Notes: generated from the sequence alone by a model not told the origin. Shown: positions 37,861-51,280, counted from the first letter of the whole stretch. The stretch: DNA of 62,989 nt, filler included, from Octopus bimaculoides (GCF_001194135.2; 7 parts of 6 records of this genome joined end to end with filler, not necessarily neighbours in it); one strand, 5' to 3'. Numbers and translations: made by a program.

Positions 37861-39060
37861 GGGAAATATGCAAGATAAAAATTTCCTGAGTGAAACTGGC
37901 CAAAACCATCATTGACATCTGGAGGTTTAAAGCTTCATTTTGAATTTACACAGCGGGCAGTGTCTCGCACGATTGTGATATAAGTCTGATCTAAACTCAT
38001 TTTAAAAGGATAAAATCGATATAAAGTGAACCATTATGGTATTAAGAAGTCTGCAAGGAAATTTTAAAAAAACCCAAAACATTAACATGTTAAAATTAAT
38101 GCTTATTTTACCCTAAGTATTCAAACGTTTCCCTCAAAGTGAATACATTAAAAATGCGACTGAACTTTTTTTCCCAAAGTAATATATGTGTATTATTCTT
38201 CATTTTTATCTCAAGTTATATATTAAAACAATTTAGCATTAAGCTGAAAGATTACCCCATACTTTTTAATAGACAACAGATGTATTAAACTTTTACATGA
38301 AAAAGAGTGACAGTGACTTCGAAAAGCGCCTACAGAAAACGAACATTCTTTCCAAAAGATTTGTGTCATTCTGTTGAAAGATTTATGTGTCCGTGCGTGT
38401 GTGTGTGTGTGTTTGTGTATAATTAGTAGATTTGAATTATCTCCTCAATTAAATGTTCTTACTGTATTGAGAATCTTTTTGAAACATATATATANNNNNN
38501 NNNNNNNNNNNNCTCCACTTTTCACTTCACGGTGTCCCTGTCATTTTCTCTCGCCCCTCCTTAATTCTTTTCTCCTTCTGCCTCTATCCCTCTCTCTTCT
38601 CTTCCCACGCCACCGGCGTTCGGCCAAGCCTGATCTTTCTTTCTTAGCCGGCCGTTGTCCGTGCAACATCTATATTCCTCACTGTGCCTGTGAAATCTTG
38701 TATCCCTGCTGTAAGGTTTCATTTCCACACACGCCAGCTTAATTTAATTCGTCCTTAGTCGAAAGACACCTGTTGTTATGTCCTGTTGTTATTTTTATTG
38801 TATTTGTGTACAGTGTTGGTTTCCCCCCCCCTTGTTTTTGTATACATTCGCAGCTTTCTTCCATGGAATCTAATGCTCTTAGCTTAGTTTTTCCTTGGGG
38901 CTGGCCAGATTGGAGCAATCTCGAGTATAATCAGCCGAAATTGCGAAGATAATCTGGTACTCGACTGAGGAAAGAAAACTTCGAATGACTCGTCCTTGTC
39001 TTCTTTGTATCGTCTATCTGGATGTTTTGCGTTCTTGTCCCATTTTGTATTATATATATA

Positions 39061-39578
39061 CAGGGTTATTCAAAAAGAATGAACCGATTTCATTTTGCAA
39101 TATTTTAATATGAAACAGCAATAGAAAACTCCAGCTGTGTCACAAGTATTTACTTACAATCAACTTTTATTTCCTGCTTACAAGTGGCCACTACCTGCAG
39201 CACGGGTAACATCAATGCGATAAAAGAATTCATCCTAGACGCGTATCAGCATATCACGATCGACTGAGTTGATCGCTGTTGTTATTCGATGTTTAAGGTC
39301 ATCGAGGTTAATGGGTAACGGTGGAACATAAATGTGATCTTTTACATTTCCACCCAAGGAAAAAATCACACAACAGCGATCAGTGGATCGTGATATGCTA
39401 ATACGTGTCTGGGAGGAATTCTCTTATCCCATTGATGTTGCCCGTGCTGCAGGTGGTGGCCACATTGAAGACTTGTAAGACAGAAAATAAAAGTTGATTG
39501 TGATTAAATAAGCAAGCTACTTACCACGTAGCCACTCTTACGCGTATGTTCAAAATGAAAAGACAATGCACACTGCAT
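39061..39578. mobile_element. Tc1-like fold-back element; both arms are 3' ends of the transposase gene
   Basis: 39145-39295 is the reverse complement of 39360-39510. The arms encode (I)TTAI.SVDRDMLIRVWEEFSYPIDVARAAGGGHIEDL*. Left terminus TA|CAGGGTTATTCAAAA. Confidence 0.75.
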
Positions 39579-39589
39579 TCCCTACAATA

Positions 39590-40045
39590 GCAACAAAAGT
39601 ACCAAATATTGGTTTCAAATTTTGGTACAAAGCCAGTTATTTCGAAGTGGGGTGTAAGTCGATTACATCGACCTCAGTGCGCAACTGGTACTTATTTTAT
39701 CGAGCCTGAAAGGAAGAGAGGCAAAATCAACCTCGGTAGAATTTGAACCTAGAACGTGATGACGCACGAAATGCCGCTATTTTGCCCTGTGTGCTAACGG
39801 TTCTGCCAGCTCACCATCTAAAGATACCAAATACTCTTTTGGTACAAGATCAACAATTCTGGAGGAGGGTTGAAGTTGATTACATCGACCTCAGCGATCT
39901 ACTGGCACTTATTTTATCGACCCCAAAGCGATGATAGACAAAGTTGACCTCTGTGGGATTTGAACTCCGGGTGTAAAAAGGGACGAAATGCCACTATTTG
40001 CTATCTCAGCATACTAACGATTCTGCAAGCTTGTTGCCTTTAAAG
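39590..40045 (-). mobile_element. Two tandem SINE family 2 copies (about 39590-39820 and 39825-40045)
   Basis: Each has GATTACATCGACCTCAG..ACTGG.ACTTATTTTATCGA plus a head. Confidence 0.8.
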
Positions 40046-40619
40046 GTACAAAATATTAAAGTACAGAAAGTAGCATAGTGTGTAGTGTTAAAACCGAATC
40101 TTGGCACAAGATATTTCCATTTAATTGTCAATTAAAATCTTTAAGCCTAAGTCTTGTAAAGTAACTTTTTCTTGATATTTCGGAGGGCGGTTCTCACATT
40201 TAGATATTCACGACACAGTAAATGAGTTTCACTACACGTGTAAATGTATAAATGGCTACGTCTGTCTGCCTCTTCTCCTTCAGTATATTCAATTACTGAG
40301 GCAACATAAAAATAATAAAAAAAAAACAGAAAACAACTCCAAGAGAATAGACGCACGTAAGAAAGGCGAAATGGTACGATAGAAACAGTAAGAAGCAACA
40401 GAAGCCGAAATTCGGCAAGAACAAGAAGAAAAGTTACGATTAATGCGTAACAACGCAAGTGTTCGTAATTATTTTAATCAGATTGTTTATTTATTAAAAC
40501 AATAGATAGATAATAAATTTGATTAAAATAATTATGAACACTGGCAATAAATGTGAAAATTCATCGTTTTATGTAGTACAGGTTTGCGTATTTATGCAGG
40601 TTTCTTTAAAAAATATTTT

Positions 40620-40815
40620 ATCTTTTACTACTTTCCGGCAGTGGACTGCGGCTATGCTGGAGCACCACCTTGAAGGGTTTAGTCGAACGGATCGACTCCA
40701 GTGATTAGTTTTTAAACCCGGTACTTCTTCTCTCGGTTTCTTTTACCGTACCTCTGAGGTATGGTGACGTAAACAAAACTAACACCGGTTGTCAAGCGGC
40801 GGCGAGGCATAATCA
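40620..40815 (-). mobile_element. SINE family 1, 3' part
   Basis: GACTGCGGCTATGCTGGAGCACCACCTTGAAGGGTTTAGTCG. Confidence 0.75.
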
Positions 40816-40825
40816 TAAACACACA

Positions 40826-40861
<36 letters not shown>

Positions 40862-41344
40862 NNNNNNNNNNNNNNNNNNNNNNNNNNNNNNNNNNNNNNN
40901 NNNNNNNNNNNNNNNNNNNNNNNNNNNNNNNNNNNNNNNNNNNNNNNNNNNNNNNNNNNNNNNNNNNNNNNNNNNNNNNNNNNNNNNNNNNNNNNNNNNN
41001 NNNNNNNNNNNNNNNNNNNNNNNNNNNNNNNNNNNNNNNNNNNNNNNNNNNNNNNNNNNNNNNNNNNNNNNNNNNNNNNNNNNNNNNNNNNNNNNNNNNN
41101 NNNNNNNNNNNNNNNNNNNNNNNNNNNNNNNNNNNNNNNNNNNNNNNNNNNNNNNNNNNNNNNNNNNNNNNNNNNNNNNNNNNNNNNNNNNNNNNNNNNN
41201 NNNNNNNNNNNNNNNNNNNNNNNNNNNNNNNNNNNNNNNNNNNNNNNNNNNNNNNNNNNNNNNNNNNNNNNNNNNNNNNNNNNNNNNNNNNNNNNNNNNN
41301 NNNNNNNNNNNNNNNNNNNNNNNNNNNNNNNNNNNNNNNNNNTA

Positions 41345-41378
<34 letters not shown>

Positions 41379-41381
41379 TGT

Positions 41382-41442
<61 letters not shown>

Positions 41443-41555
41443 CCTTGTAGTACGCCGGTGAAGCACGCTCATTGCCTATGGCTACCTGACGTCAACCACG
41501 GTAATTATACAATTGTCGCAGGGTCTATCCCAGGAATTCCTCAGTGTACTTTGGG

Positions 41556-41853
41556 TATAAAACAAATGATCGAGACGGAAAATGGAAAGCACGGGAAACT
41601 GTATTTCTCGCAACCATCGTTTCGAAACATCCTGCATTGATCCCTCGCGGGTGGGAAACTATATATTTGGATGTGGTGCATCCCTCGGGCAGAAGCATCT
41701 CGCCAGGTGATGGAATAAGAGGTATCTCGTTAAGTTCATTTAACGCGATAACTCTGATTACATAACCTGACATGATGCTTCTGCACAGAGGGATGCACCA
41801 CAGCTATTTGTTTCCCGTGCATTCCATTTTCCGTTACTATCATTTGTTATATA
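41556..41853. mobile_element. MITE, TA-flanked, imperfect about 40-bp TIRs plus a sub-terminal inverted repeat
   Basis: AACAAATGAT..ACGGAAAATGGAAAGCACGGGAAAC pairs with GTTTCCCGTGCATTCCATTTTCCGT..ATCATTTGTT; inner GGTGCATCCCTC..GCAGAAGCATC pairs with GATGCTTCTGC..GAGGGATGCACC. Confidence 0.8.
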
Positions 41854-41974
41854 TATAAAGTTGTAAGTGTTACCTTTATCATAATGATTCGTGCTGAGTA
41901 TCAGAATTCTGACATCATGACTGCTGCTCAGGGCATTGTAAACACTGTATAGGCTGTGAGACGTGTCATAAATA

Positions 41975-42430
41975 TAATGAAAACTAAGTTCATGGTGACG
42001 TTATGCTAACCCACATCTTTGAAGTGGGCCCTAGGCTCAATTCAGACAGCTATGCAAAGCTGCTTGAGACTGCAGTCAAACCCTGGGTGTAGGGAGTTGC
42101 TGCTTGAAGGCCATATGTGCTGCAGCAGAATTTGGCGTTTTGCCATACTGCCGGAAAGCGTCAGAAGTGGTTGTCTGGGAATTTCTACGATTACAACACT
42201 CACTATTTCTGACCTTTCATCCGGCAATTGTTATAACATGGGTTTCTGTGTGGAGCGGCATGGTTGAGAAAGACACTAACCGCTCTGCCTGCAACAACAA
42301 GACCGAGTTGGTGGCCAAGATCAAAGAGTGGTCGAATATCTTCTCAGAGACACAGTGAAGAACGCAGGTGCTAGATTCTGGAGCCGTCTTGCGGTGGAGA
42401 TGGAAACTGAATGGGGCTACTTTGAGTAAA
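41975..42430 (+). mobile_element. Second DD37D/maT-like transposase relic
   Basis: LLETAVKPWV*GVAA*RPYVLQQ..., GMVEKDTNRSACNNKTELVAKIKE, RFWSRL..GYFE*. Confidence 0.75.
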
Positions 42431-42564
42431 CTGTTAAGTCCCAGTAAATATCTTTTGATATTTTCAAATACTTAGATTTTATATGGAATTTCTCTTCCTT
42501 TTATGCAAACTGTCAAAATTACTGCGAACACCCTGTGTAGTTCTTTTGAAAACCTCTCCGAACT

Positions 42565-42632
<68 letters not shown>

Positions 42633-43189
42633 CTATATTTCAAAGGTTGAATAGACAGAACGCAACAAGGAGAAAAAGTTAGAAGAAAGCAGAGCAAACG
42701 GGAAACTAGACGAAAACTTAAAGGACAGGAAATTTAGACAAAGGCACGATACACGGAAAATTTGCAGCTGTGTTTTCCTCGTCAGTCAGTGACTCAAAAT
42801 GCCGTTGTGGTTTCGCGACATTACCATTGAGACCACTCAATTTTGGAAACGCTACACGGAAAAATCTAGCGAATGTATACTAAGACAAAAACAAACAAGA
42901 CATTATACAAATACATCAGACAAAGAATTATGTATATATATATATATAGCAGCACGAAACCTTACGGCTACATACAACACACGGAAAAAAATAATTATAC
43001 ATATACCACACATACAACAGAAATAGCTTTGAAGCTATCGAATTAACTTAGAGGGGTTGCGCAAAGATGAAATGGAGTAAGTACTAGTGGACGTAGCAGG
43101 AGTCCAGAACAGCATGACAACACCGCCTTCACCGGTCACGTGGTAGAGAATACATATATATATGTGTGTGTGTTAACTCTCTCTCCACA

Positions 43190-43497
43190 TATACACTCCG
43201 TAGCTTTCGATGACGAATGTTCCAGCTGATCCGATCAACGGAACCCCCAGCTTGTGAACATAAAGTGCAAGTTACACGCAAAACCGTCATGTAGTTCTCA
43301 AAGAGATTAAGTGTGACACAGAATGTAACAAGGCCGGCGTTTGAAATACAGGTATTACTAATTTTTTTTTTTCCGGCTGAGAGGACTAAAATGAAGTCAA
43401 ATAAAGTGACTTGCTGAAGGATACTACTGTGTATCGAACTCACGATCGTAAGACCGTGAGCCGAATGTTCTATCCTCTAAGCCACGAGGTTCCACCT
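43190..43497 (-). mobile_element. SINE family 3, degenerate
   Basis: GTTCCAGCTGATCCGATCAACGGAAC..GTGTGACACAGAATGTAACAAGGC..head. Confidence 0.65.
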
Positions 43498-43722
43498 CCC
43501 AACTTATATGGATATATAAAGTGAAAAAGTTCGATAGAAAAATTAATTTTCACGTTGTAAATTGTAGTGAAAAAGACAAAAAGAAATGCAGAGAATTTTT
43601 ATGTTGAACAATATATATATANNNNNNNNNNNNNNNNNNNNNNNNNNNNNNNNNNNNNNNNNNNNTTAATTAATTAANNNNNNNNNNNNNNNNNNNNNNN
43701 NNNNNNNNNNNNNNNNNNNNNT

Positions 43723-43938
43723 GGGTTCTAAATTCTTTACCGTAGTTGGTAGAATATTTATCCAGGAATAGTTGTTTCTGCTGCCATAATTTGCGTGATT
43801 TGTTCTCTTCTCTGGAGATATCTTTGATCCATAGTTCGCGCATTTTTTCTTCTACATTGCCAGTTGCTAGTTTTGATATTTCTTCTTCAATAAGACTGTC
43901 GATTGCTTCATATTTGGTTTTATAATGGGATTGTTTAG
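43723..43938 (-). mobile_element. Open reading fragment running into the scaffold edge, possibly the N-terminal region of a retroelement (Penelope-like) ORF
   Basis: SKQSHYKTKYEAIDSLIEEEISKLATGNVEEKMRELWIKDISREENKSRKLWQQKQLFLDKY... is stop-free and protein-like. The family assignment is from recollection only. Confidence 0.35.
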
Positions 43939-45934
43939 ATATATAGATATATACGTGTATGTATGTGTGTGTGTGTGTGTACTACAACTACTACTAAAGG
44001 GTTTTGATAAAGGAGACCGGTGCGATAAGTACTAGATGTAAAAATTAAGTGTTGCGGTCGATTAGTTCGACTTCAAATGTTACCCCAGTATGACTCCTAT
44101 TTAAACACTGAAAACAATAAAAGATTAACATAGCAAAGTAGGTAGAAAATAAAATTAAGCACTCAAAATAACTGACGTTTTTGCTAATTAAATGGGATAC
44201 TAAGTGGTTACAAAAAACAAAGGACCTATTTACGACACCTGTATATAAATAAACTGAGCGTTTCTGTCTTGTAGTGGCTAGAAAAAAGGAAACAATGTGA
44301 ATATTTTCGTCCTAAATATTCAATACTATATATGGGTCTTAGTAACAATATTCCTAGTTATAGCAAGAATTACTTCGTCAATATATAATGCATTCTGTAG
44401 CCTAAACCAGTTCTTTTTCTTTTCTCTTTTTTTGTAATTTTACATGTGGTGTTTTTTTTAACGAATTTCAGTTACTTTTCTCGATGTAGGTACATCTATT
44501 TCTAATTATGTTAACTGTGTCAATAAGTGGCAATTTTATCAATTCTCCAAGGACGACCAAAGATGCTTTCTACTCGCTCTTCGACGTTGCTGTTCACATG
44601 ATAAATGGCAGTGTAGAAAATGCAATTTAATTATTAGAAATTAATTGAGTTATAAAACGATTTCTATTTATTTAATTCAAAGTATAAGCTTGCTACAAAC
44701 AAAATTTATTTCAACCAAAAGCAAAAAATTGTCCCCTTCTGCGTAAAAACTTTATTTACATTAAATATATGAAATAATTATATTCAACGCACTATCAAAT
44801 GCTGGTTCATAAAGCAACAGTTTTATACAAAGTTACAGTAAACACATTTCTAAATAATGAGATGACTACTGCTATATATGGTAATAACTATATTTATTTC
44901 TCGTGTTTTTCACACTATTTATTCGTTCCTAACAGAAATCAATATATTCCTGTGAATTCTGATATGAAATCACAAAGATATACCAAATGGAGAAACTCAA
45001 CGTGAACTTTATTGTATTTTGCTTTTGATTTTACCTACACCAAATTCAAGAAATAAGCATTAATACTGATACATATTTTATTATACAAATGATATATTCT
45101 CCGTATATTCTCACATACAAAGTTTTCATCATTCATATGTGAGTATCTCAAAGGTATATCCACACAAATTTAATAGTACGGATAGTTACTACAAACGATA
45201 GTTTCTTAAGATTTGCTTCGAGAGGACACGGAGTTCTTTACTGTTCAAATATTATAAGTATTTGTAATGCAACAGCTTTGATGTTACAAAGTTAATTTGC
45301 TGTTAGATGTTAGATAATTTATATTTGAGAGGGACAAAGCAGAATTTTAGACAGAAGACATCAGACTTCACGAAGAGACGCAGCATAGCTGGCTATAAGC
45401 TTACAAAAAACGCACGCACGCACACATACACATATAGATGCAAATTATGTATTTGTATTTAAATATATATGTTCGATATGTTATGTGTATAACTATATAT
45501 ATATGTATGTATGTGTGGATGGATGGATGGATATGTGTGTTTGTACCTGTGTTTGTGTATGCTTACCAGGTCATGTGGATTGATAGAGCTCTTTATCTAA
45601 CGATCTGTCTCTCTGTGTCTTTCTCTATAACAATCTCTTCATGAACGCTGGAGTGCTTCGAGGATTGGCCGTGTCCCCTGTATATTTTTCGTAAACATCG
45701 TCGCTTCCCGTTGCGTCCGAATCTCTATAGATGGTACCAAGCTTTATTATTCAGTAAATTTTCGTACCAGATTCCCTTCATATACAGCCTATTAGCTGAC
45801 CTCAAAAATACTGTACGTTCTTTCACATTTGTCATATTGTGCCCCTCCAACAACAGAAATACACTATCAAACTTTAAAGCCCAACAAAAATATCCTACAA
45901 AACAATTGCCCGTATTGAGATCTCTCTCTCTCTC

Positions 45935-45974
<40 letters not shown>

Positions 45975-46118
45975 TCTATTTATCTGTTTAAATATATAAA
46001 ATTATATATATACATATGTATGTATATATATATACACATATATAATTTAATTTTAAGTTTTAATGAGTTGAATTTAATTCAGTTTTTACCTGTAAATTTG
46101 GATTTTTATCCCTAGTGA

Positions 46119-46240
<122 letters not shown>

Positions 46241-47335
46241 GCACACATATATATATGTATATATATAGAGAGAGAGACAGAGAGAGAGGGAGAGACAGTG
46301 ACAGAGAGAGAGAGAGAGATGCATGTATGTATATACATACACATATACATGCACACACATGAATGTGTAACTGTGTGACTTTGCTGTTTATGTATCCTCA
46401 CTCTTTCACAGATGTTTTGTTTTTAGCTGGTCAGGTTATGCAACATAAGTTCCCTGATTTGAATTTCCTGCTCTTCAGAAAGATCCTCCTTTTTTTGTAA
46501 TTTTATATTGGAACAAGTATCCCTGAGATTCTTACTGTCACACTACGGATTCCATATTAAGTATCTCCCTAAGTTTACAGAAAGTTCTGAATTATGCAGA
46601 AGGGAATTTTCCATTGTGAGATGTTTATTTTGGGATTTCTCGGTGATGATTTGCACTTCGTGGTTCAAGTTCTTCATCTCTGTGCTTAGAAAAAAAAAAG
46701 ATTGTATTGGTTGATTTGATACAAGCGAATATGCTTGACATACCCTAATCAAAATTATTGAAAACCGATATTACATTCTCCTTAACGTTTTGTTCAGTTG
46801 TCCTAAAGCAAAACATAGTTCTTCCATGTTTAAATTACTTTGTCTTTTAGTTTCAAGCAATATTTCTGTAGATTTAGAGCATCTCCGCAAATCCAGTAAA
46901 ATTTCCGCATACTGGAGTAACTAATATTGCGCATATTTCTTTTGTCATGCAGCATGAAATAATCCGTTTGATGTATGATGGATGACATTAACAAAGGTTC
47001 AAATCTAGCCGTATATTCATCATTTTATACAGTATCTCCGTTGTAATTCTTGTGACGCATGATTGTACGAGGATGTCTAAAAATGATAGGAGTATTTCAC
47101 TATTTGTTATTGTGGATCTAATGAAAGGATAGGGAGGTTTTGGATTATGTGAAATATATATACATGTATAAAGTGTCTTTTGATCTATTTAAATAATACA
47201 GCGCGCGTCGGAAAAACACATTTGTCAATGATATACTCATTTAAGATATGGTTTAATGTTGGCTCTATTCCATAATATTGCTTGCTTTCTTTCTCTCTCT
47301 CTATATATATATGTGTGTGTGCATTATATAATGTA

Positions 47336-47367
<32 letters not shown>

Positions 47368-47419
47368 GATCGATCGATCTATCTATCAATATGAACACGC
47401 ACATAATTTATCTCTTGCT

Positions 47420-47600
47420 TTTTTTTTTCAGTCACTGGACTGCAGCTATGCTGGGGTTTTAGTCAACTGAATTGACTCCGGTACCCACTTTCTAAAGCCA
47501 TGCTACTTACTCTGCCGTTCACTTATACCGAGCCGTTTGGTTACGAGAACGTAAAGAAAATGTCGGTTGTCAAGCAGACCAGGGAACAAGCAAATATACA
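47420..47600 (-). mobile_element. SINE family 1, 3' part
   Basis: TTCAGTCACTGGACTGCAGCTATGCTGG..GTCGGTTGTCAAGC. Confidence 0.7.
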
Positions 47601-47616
47601 CTATACGCGCGCGCAC

Positions 47617-47649
<33 letters not shown>

Positions 47650-49249
47650 TGTATGTATGTATGTATGTATGTATGTATGTATGTAGTCTTAATATACAAA
47701 TAGATAAATTCTATCTACCAGTGCGGTGTTGAGCACTTATTTTCGTCGTTTGACATGTACGTATATATATATATATATATATAAGTGTGTGTGTGTGTGT
47801 GTGTGTATGTGTGTACACACATACACAGTGGGGGTGAGAAATACATACGAATTTTAAATACTCGATTGAGTTCCTCTTTAAGAGACTCAGGAAACACTGG
47901 AACACCCACTACAAGTACACATATTTTATATCGGTATATAAACTTTACACTGGAAGTGTCACACTAATAGCTTTGCTCTCCATTATCATGTATATATATA
48001 TATATANNNNNNNNNNNNNNNNNNNNNNNNNNNNNNNNNNNNNNNNNNNNNNNNNNNNNNNNNNNNNNNNNNNNNNNNNNNNNNNNNNNNNNNNNNNNNN
48101 NNNNNNNNNNNNNNNNNNNNNNNNNNNNNNNNNNNNNNNNNNNNNNNNNNNNNNNNNNNNNNNNNNNNNNNNNNNNNNNNNNNNNNNNNNNNNNNNNNNN
48201 NNNNNNNNNNNNNNNNNNNNNNNNNNNNNNNNNNNNNNNNNNNNNNNNNNNNNNNNNNNNNNNNNNNNNNNNNNNNNNNNNNNNNNNNNNNNNNNNNNNN
48301 NNNNNNNNNNNNNNNNNNNNNNNNNNNNNNNNNNNNNNNNNNNNNNNNNNNNNNNNNNNNNNNNNNNNNNNNNNNNNNNNNNNNNNNNNNNNNNNNNNNN
48401 NNNNNNNNNNNNNNNNNNNNNNNNNNNNNNNNNNNNNNNNNNNTATATATATATATATGTATATCAGCGGCGACTCTAGATCATCGGCGTCACTCGGGTT
48501 CATTACAGATTTCGCTTAAGACAAATGCCTGTTCGAAGAATTTCACTTTTTTTCCGCAATTTTTTTTTTTTTTTACCCCAAATGGGTTATTTTATTTTTA
48601 CATCTAGCACTATGTGTTTCTGCATTTCTAGGTTAAGTTTAAAAATAAAACAACCCTGCAAAACACAACTGATCTTTACACACAAACGCGCAGAATAAAA
48701 GCAATCAAATAACGATAGCGGAGTGGACATCAAGCATTAGCAATCCGACTGTCACCTGTATTCTGGACAAGAGATGCCAGTTAGTCTTTTACACCTACCA
48801 GGCTCGTTCGTATTAGCCCGAGTTGCTGGATAATTTTTCGTTCCTTTAAGAATATTGTAGAACGGAAATTTTTCATAGATTAGAATTTAAATACTAATCT
48901 CAATAAAAATTTATTATTTCAAGAAAACATTGAATTTCACTTACTTTTAATTTTTACGATTATAGATAACAATTCAAGCTGTAACTTCTGAGTCCGTGTC
49001 AGGCGCGTGTGAACGATGCCGAAAGAACGTCTACAGCTAAAATTATTTTTTGACACAGGGCACTTCTTAGACGACCGCCAGGCGCTGAACGAAAGTAAAT
49101 GAACTGCGACCAGGCTCGATAAAAGGAGCCCGAGTTATTGACTGCAGTTACATACTTGAAGTCAATGTTGGCTGAAATGAAATCAGCTTGCAAATGCACG
49201 TTCAATTTACTAAATTTATACTCTGGCAAAGCCCAAACAGCCCGAGTGC

Positions 49250-49688
49250 CGGAGTCGCCGGCTGTGTGGTAAGTAGTTTGCTTACGAACCACATGGTTCC
49301 GGCTTCACTCCCACTGCGTGGCACCTTGGGCAAATATCTTCTACTATAGCCTCGGGCAGACCAAAGCCTTGTGAGTGGATTTGACAGACGGAAACTGAAT
49401 GAAGCCCGTCGTATTTCGGGATATATATATATACATATATANNNNNNNNNNNNNNNNNNNNNNNNNNNNNNNNNNNNNNNNNNNNNNNNNNNNNNNNNNN
49501 NNNNNNNNNNNNNNNNNNNNNNNNNNNNNNNNNNNNNNNNNNNNNNNNNNNNNNNNNNNNNGGCAAAAGAGACATATAGAATAAGCACTAAGCTTACAAA
49601 GAATAAGTCCTTCGGTCGATTTGCTCGACTAAAGGCGGTGTTCCAGCATGGCCACAGTCAAATGACTGAAACAAGTAAAAGAGTAAAA

Positions 49689-49690
<2 letters not shown>
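49250..49690 (+). mobile_element. SINE family 1 spanning a gap
   Basis: GGCTGTGTGGTAAGTAGTTTGCTT..GGCACCTTGGGCAAA..GAAGCCCGTCG / GAATAAGTCC..CCAGCATGGCCACAGTCAAATGACTGAAACAAGTAAAAGAG. Confidence 0.88.
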
Positions 49691-49727
<37 letters not shown>

Positions 49728-50504
49728 TATATAATATAATATTATATTATATTAGGCAACGTCATGCTTAGAATGGTGTTGTATATATAAATTAAAACTG
49801 ACTCAATATATATTTGTAACAGCCTAGCCTAAAACACTCAGTCGGTGTTTCTCTTACAAACCATTATTGCTAATAACCAAACTACCATCCATACCAAAAG
49901 TCGGACGCCTTTACTTATTAAAATTGAAACTGCTAAAATTTGCCATTATTTAACTGTAATCTCTAAAGATTTACTCTTAAATACATCTTCAAAGGAATAA
50001 CAGCTTTTTCATGATAATTTTTTAATGGTTTTCTTTTGTATCAGTTTTCAAATATCTTTTCAAACTTTGGCGTGGGTGACAGCTAAAACGTTGATTTGTG
50101 TTCATGTCCTAGGGATATATGTAAATCTATATGCTTCTCCGTGTTGCAGAAAAAAATAAAGTTAAAAGATATAATATCGAAAATTCCTTATTAAATACTC
50201 ACAAGATCCCGAGATATCAATTAGGTTTTACATCACAATCAATTCGATGTAGCTGTGAGCGATAGGTAATATATAATACTCGCCATCCACGAAACCAATA
50301 CAAACCAAAGAATAGAGAATTTCGGTAGACAATTTCCCTTCTTCTTCACCAATCTCCTTCCAGTCTTAAAAACATGCAAATGAATCGATTCGTCCCCTGA
50401 GACATATAACTTTAACCTCCACGAGTCTCCCGTGGTGTCTAGGCGATATTCTATATTCCTTCTTCACTCTGAAACTTGGCGTTTGCAACTATATAGAATT
50501 TATT

Positions 50505-50835
50505 ATGTGAAGATGTGTGGTTTAACTGGTTAGGGCATTCGGCTTATGATCATAAGGTCGTCAGATCGATTCCTGGCTGTGCGTTTTGTACTTGACCAAC
50601 ACACTTTATTTCACGTTTGTCCAGTCCACTCAGCTGGCAAAAATGAGTACTGCCTGCAATTCAAGGGGCCAACCTTGTTAAAATTGATGTGTCATGCGGG
50701 AACTCGCTGCAATCTAAGTTAAAGGTTACGCATTTCTGCGGAGTACTCAGTCACTTGTACATTAATTTCATGAGTAGGCTGATAAGTTGATCGGATCAAG
50801 TAGAACCATTCTTGTCGTAACCGACGGAGTGCCAG
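50505..50835 (+). mobile_element. SINE family 3-related, degenerate
   Basis: tRNA-like head GTGTGGTTTAACTGGTTAGGGCA..GATCGATTCCTGG; tail GTCGTAACCGACGGAGTGCCA. Confidence 0.7.
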
Positions 50836-51119
50836 TTTTATAAGATTCACTGCTGCCGCAATTTGCAAGTCTCTCCTCTAAATCTGTATTAAAGAGGTTC
50901 AGACAATTCGTTATAAACTACATTTTTCTTATTCCTAAAGTTCGTTTGCTATTCAAGCGAATACTTAACCACTACACCAACATTTATTTTTATATGATCC
51001 CACGTTCTGTGTTGATAATATATGTCCCAACCCATTCTTTTCTTCTGAATTTGCTCATTTTTACTCACTTTGACACATCATAAGCAATAATGACACACTA
51101 ACTTCAGATGACTTTGATA

Positions 51120-51280
51120 GTTTATGTGGCGTGCTGGTAGAATCGGTAGGATTAGCGGACAAAATGCCGAGCGATATTTCCTCCGATGTGCTCAATTTAA
51201 TATCCGCCGTGTCCACTTTGCCTTTCATCCTTTTGGGGTCGACAACATAAGTACCTGTTGAGCATCGGGATCGATGTAAA
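51120..51280 (+). mobile_element. SINE family 2
   Basis: TGGTAGAATCGGTAG..TCCACTTTGCCTTTCATCCTTTTGGGGTCGAC. Confidence 0.75.

Noticed and set aside
38963-38996. CTGAGGA-AAG-AAAA-CTT-CGAATGACTCGTC as a hammerhead
   Set aside because: It lacks GAAA with the A15.1-U16.1 pair and has no convincing helix I.
42760-42800. Minus-strand CTGACGA followed by a GGAAAA/TTTTCC stem
   Set aside because: No GAAA follows the stem.
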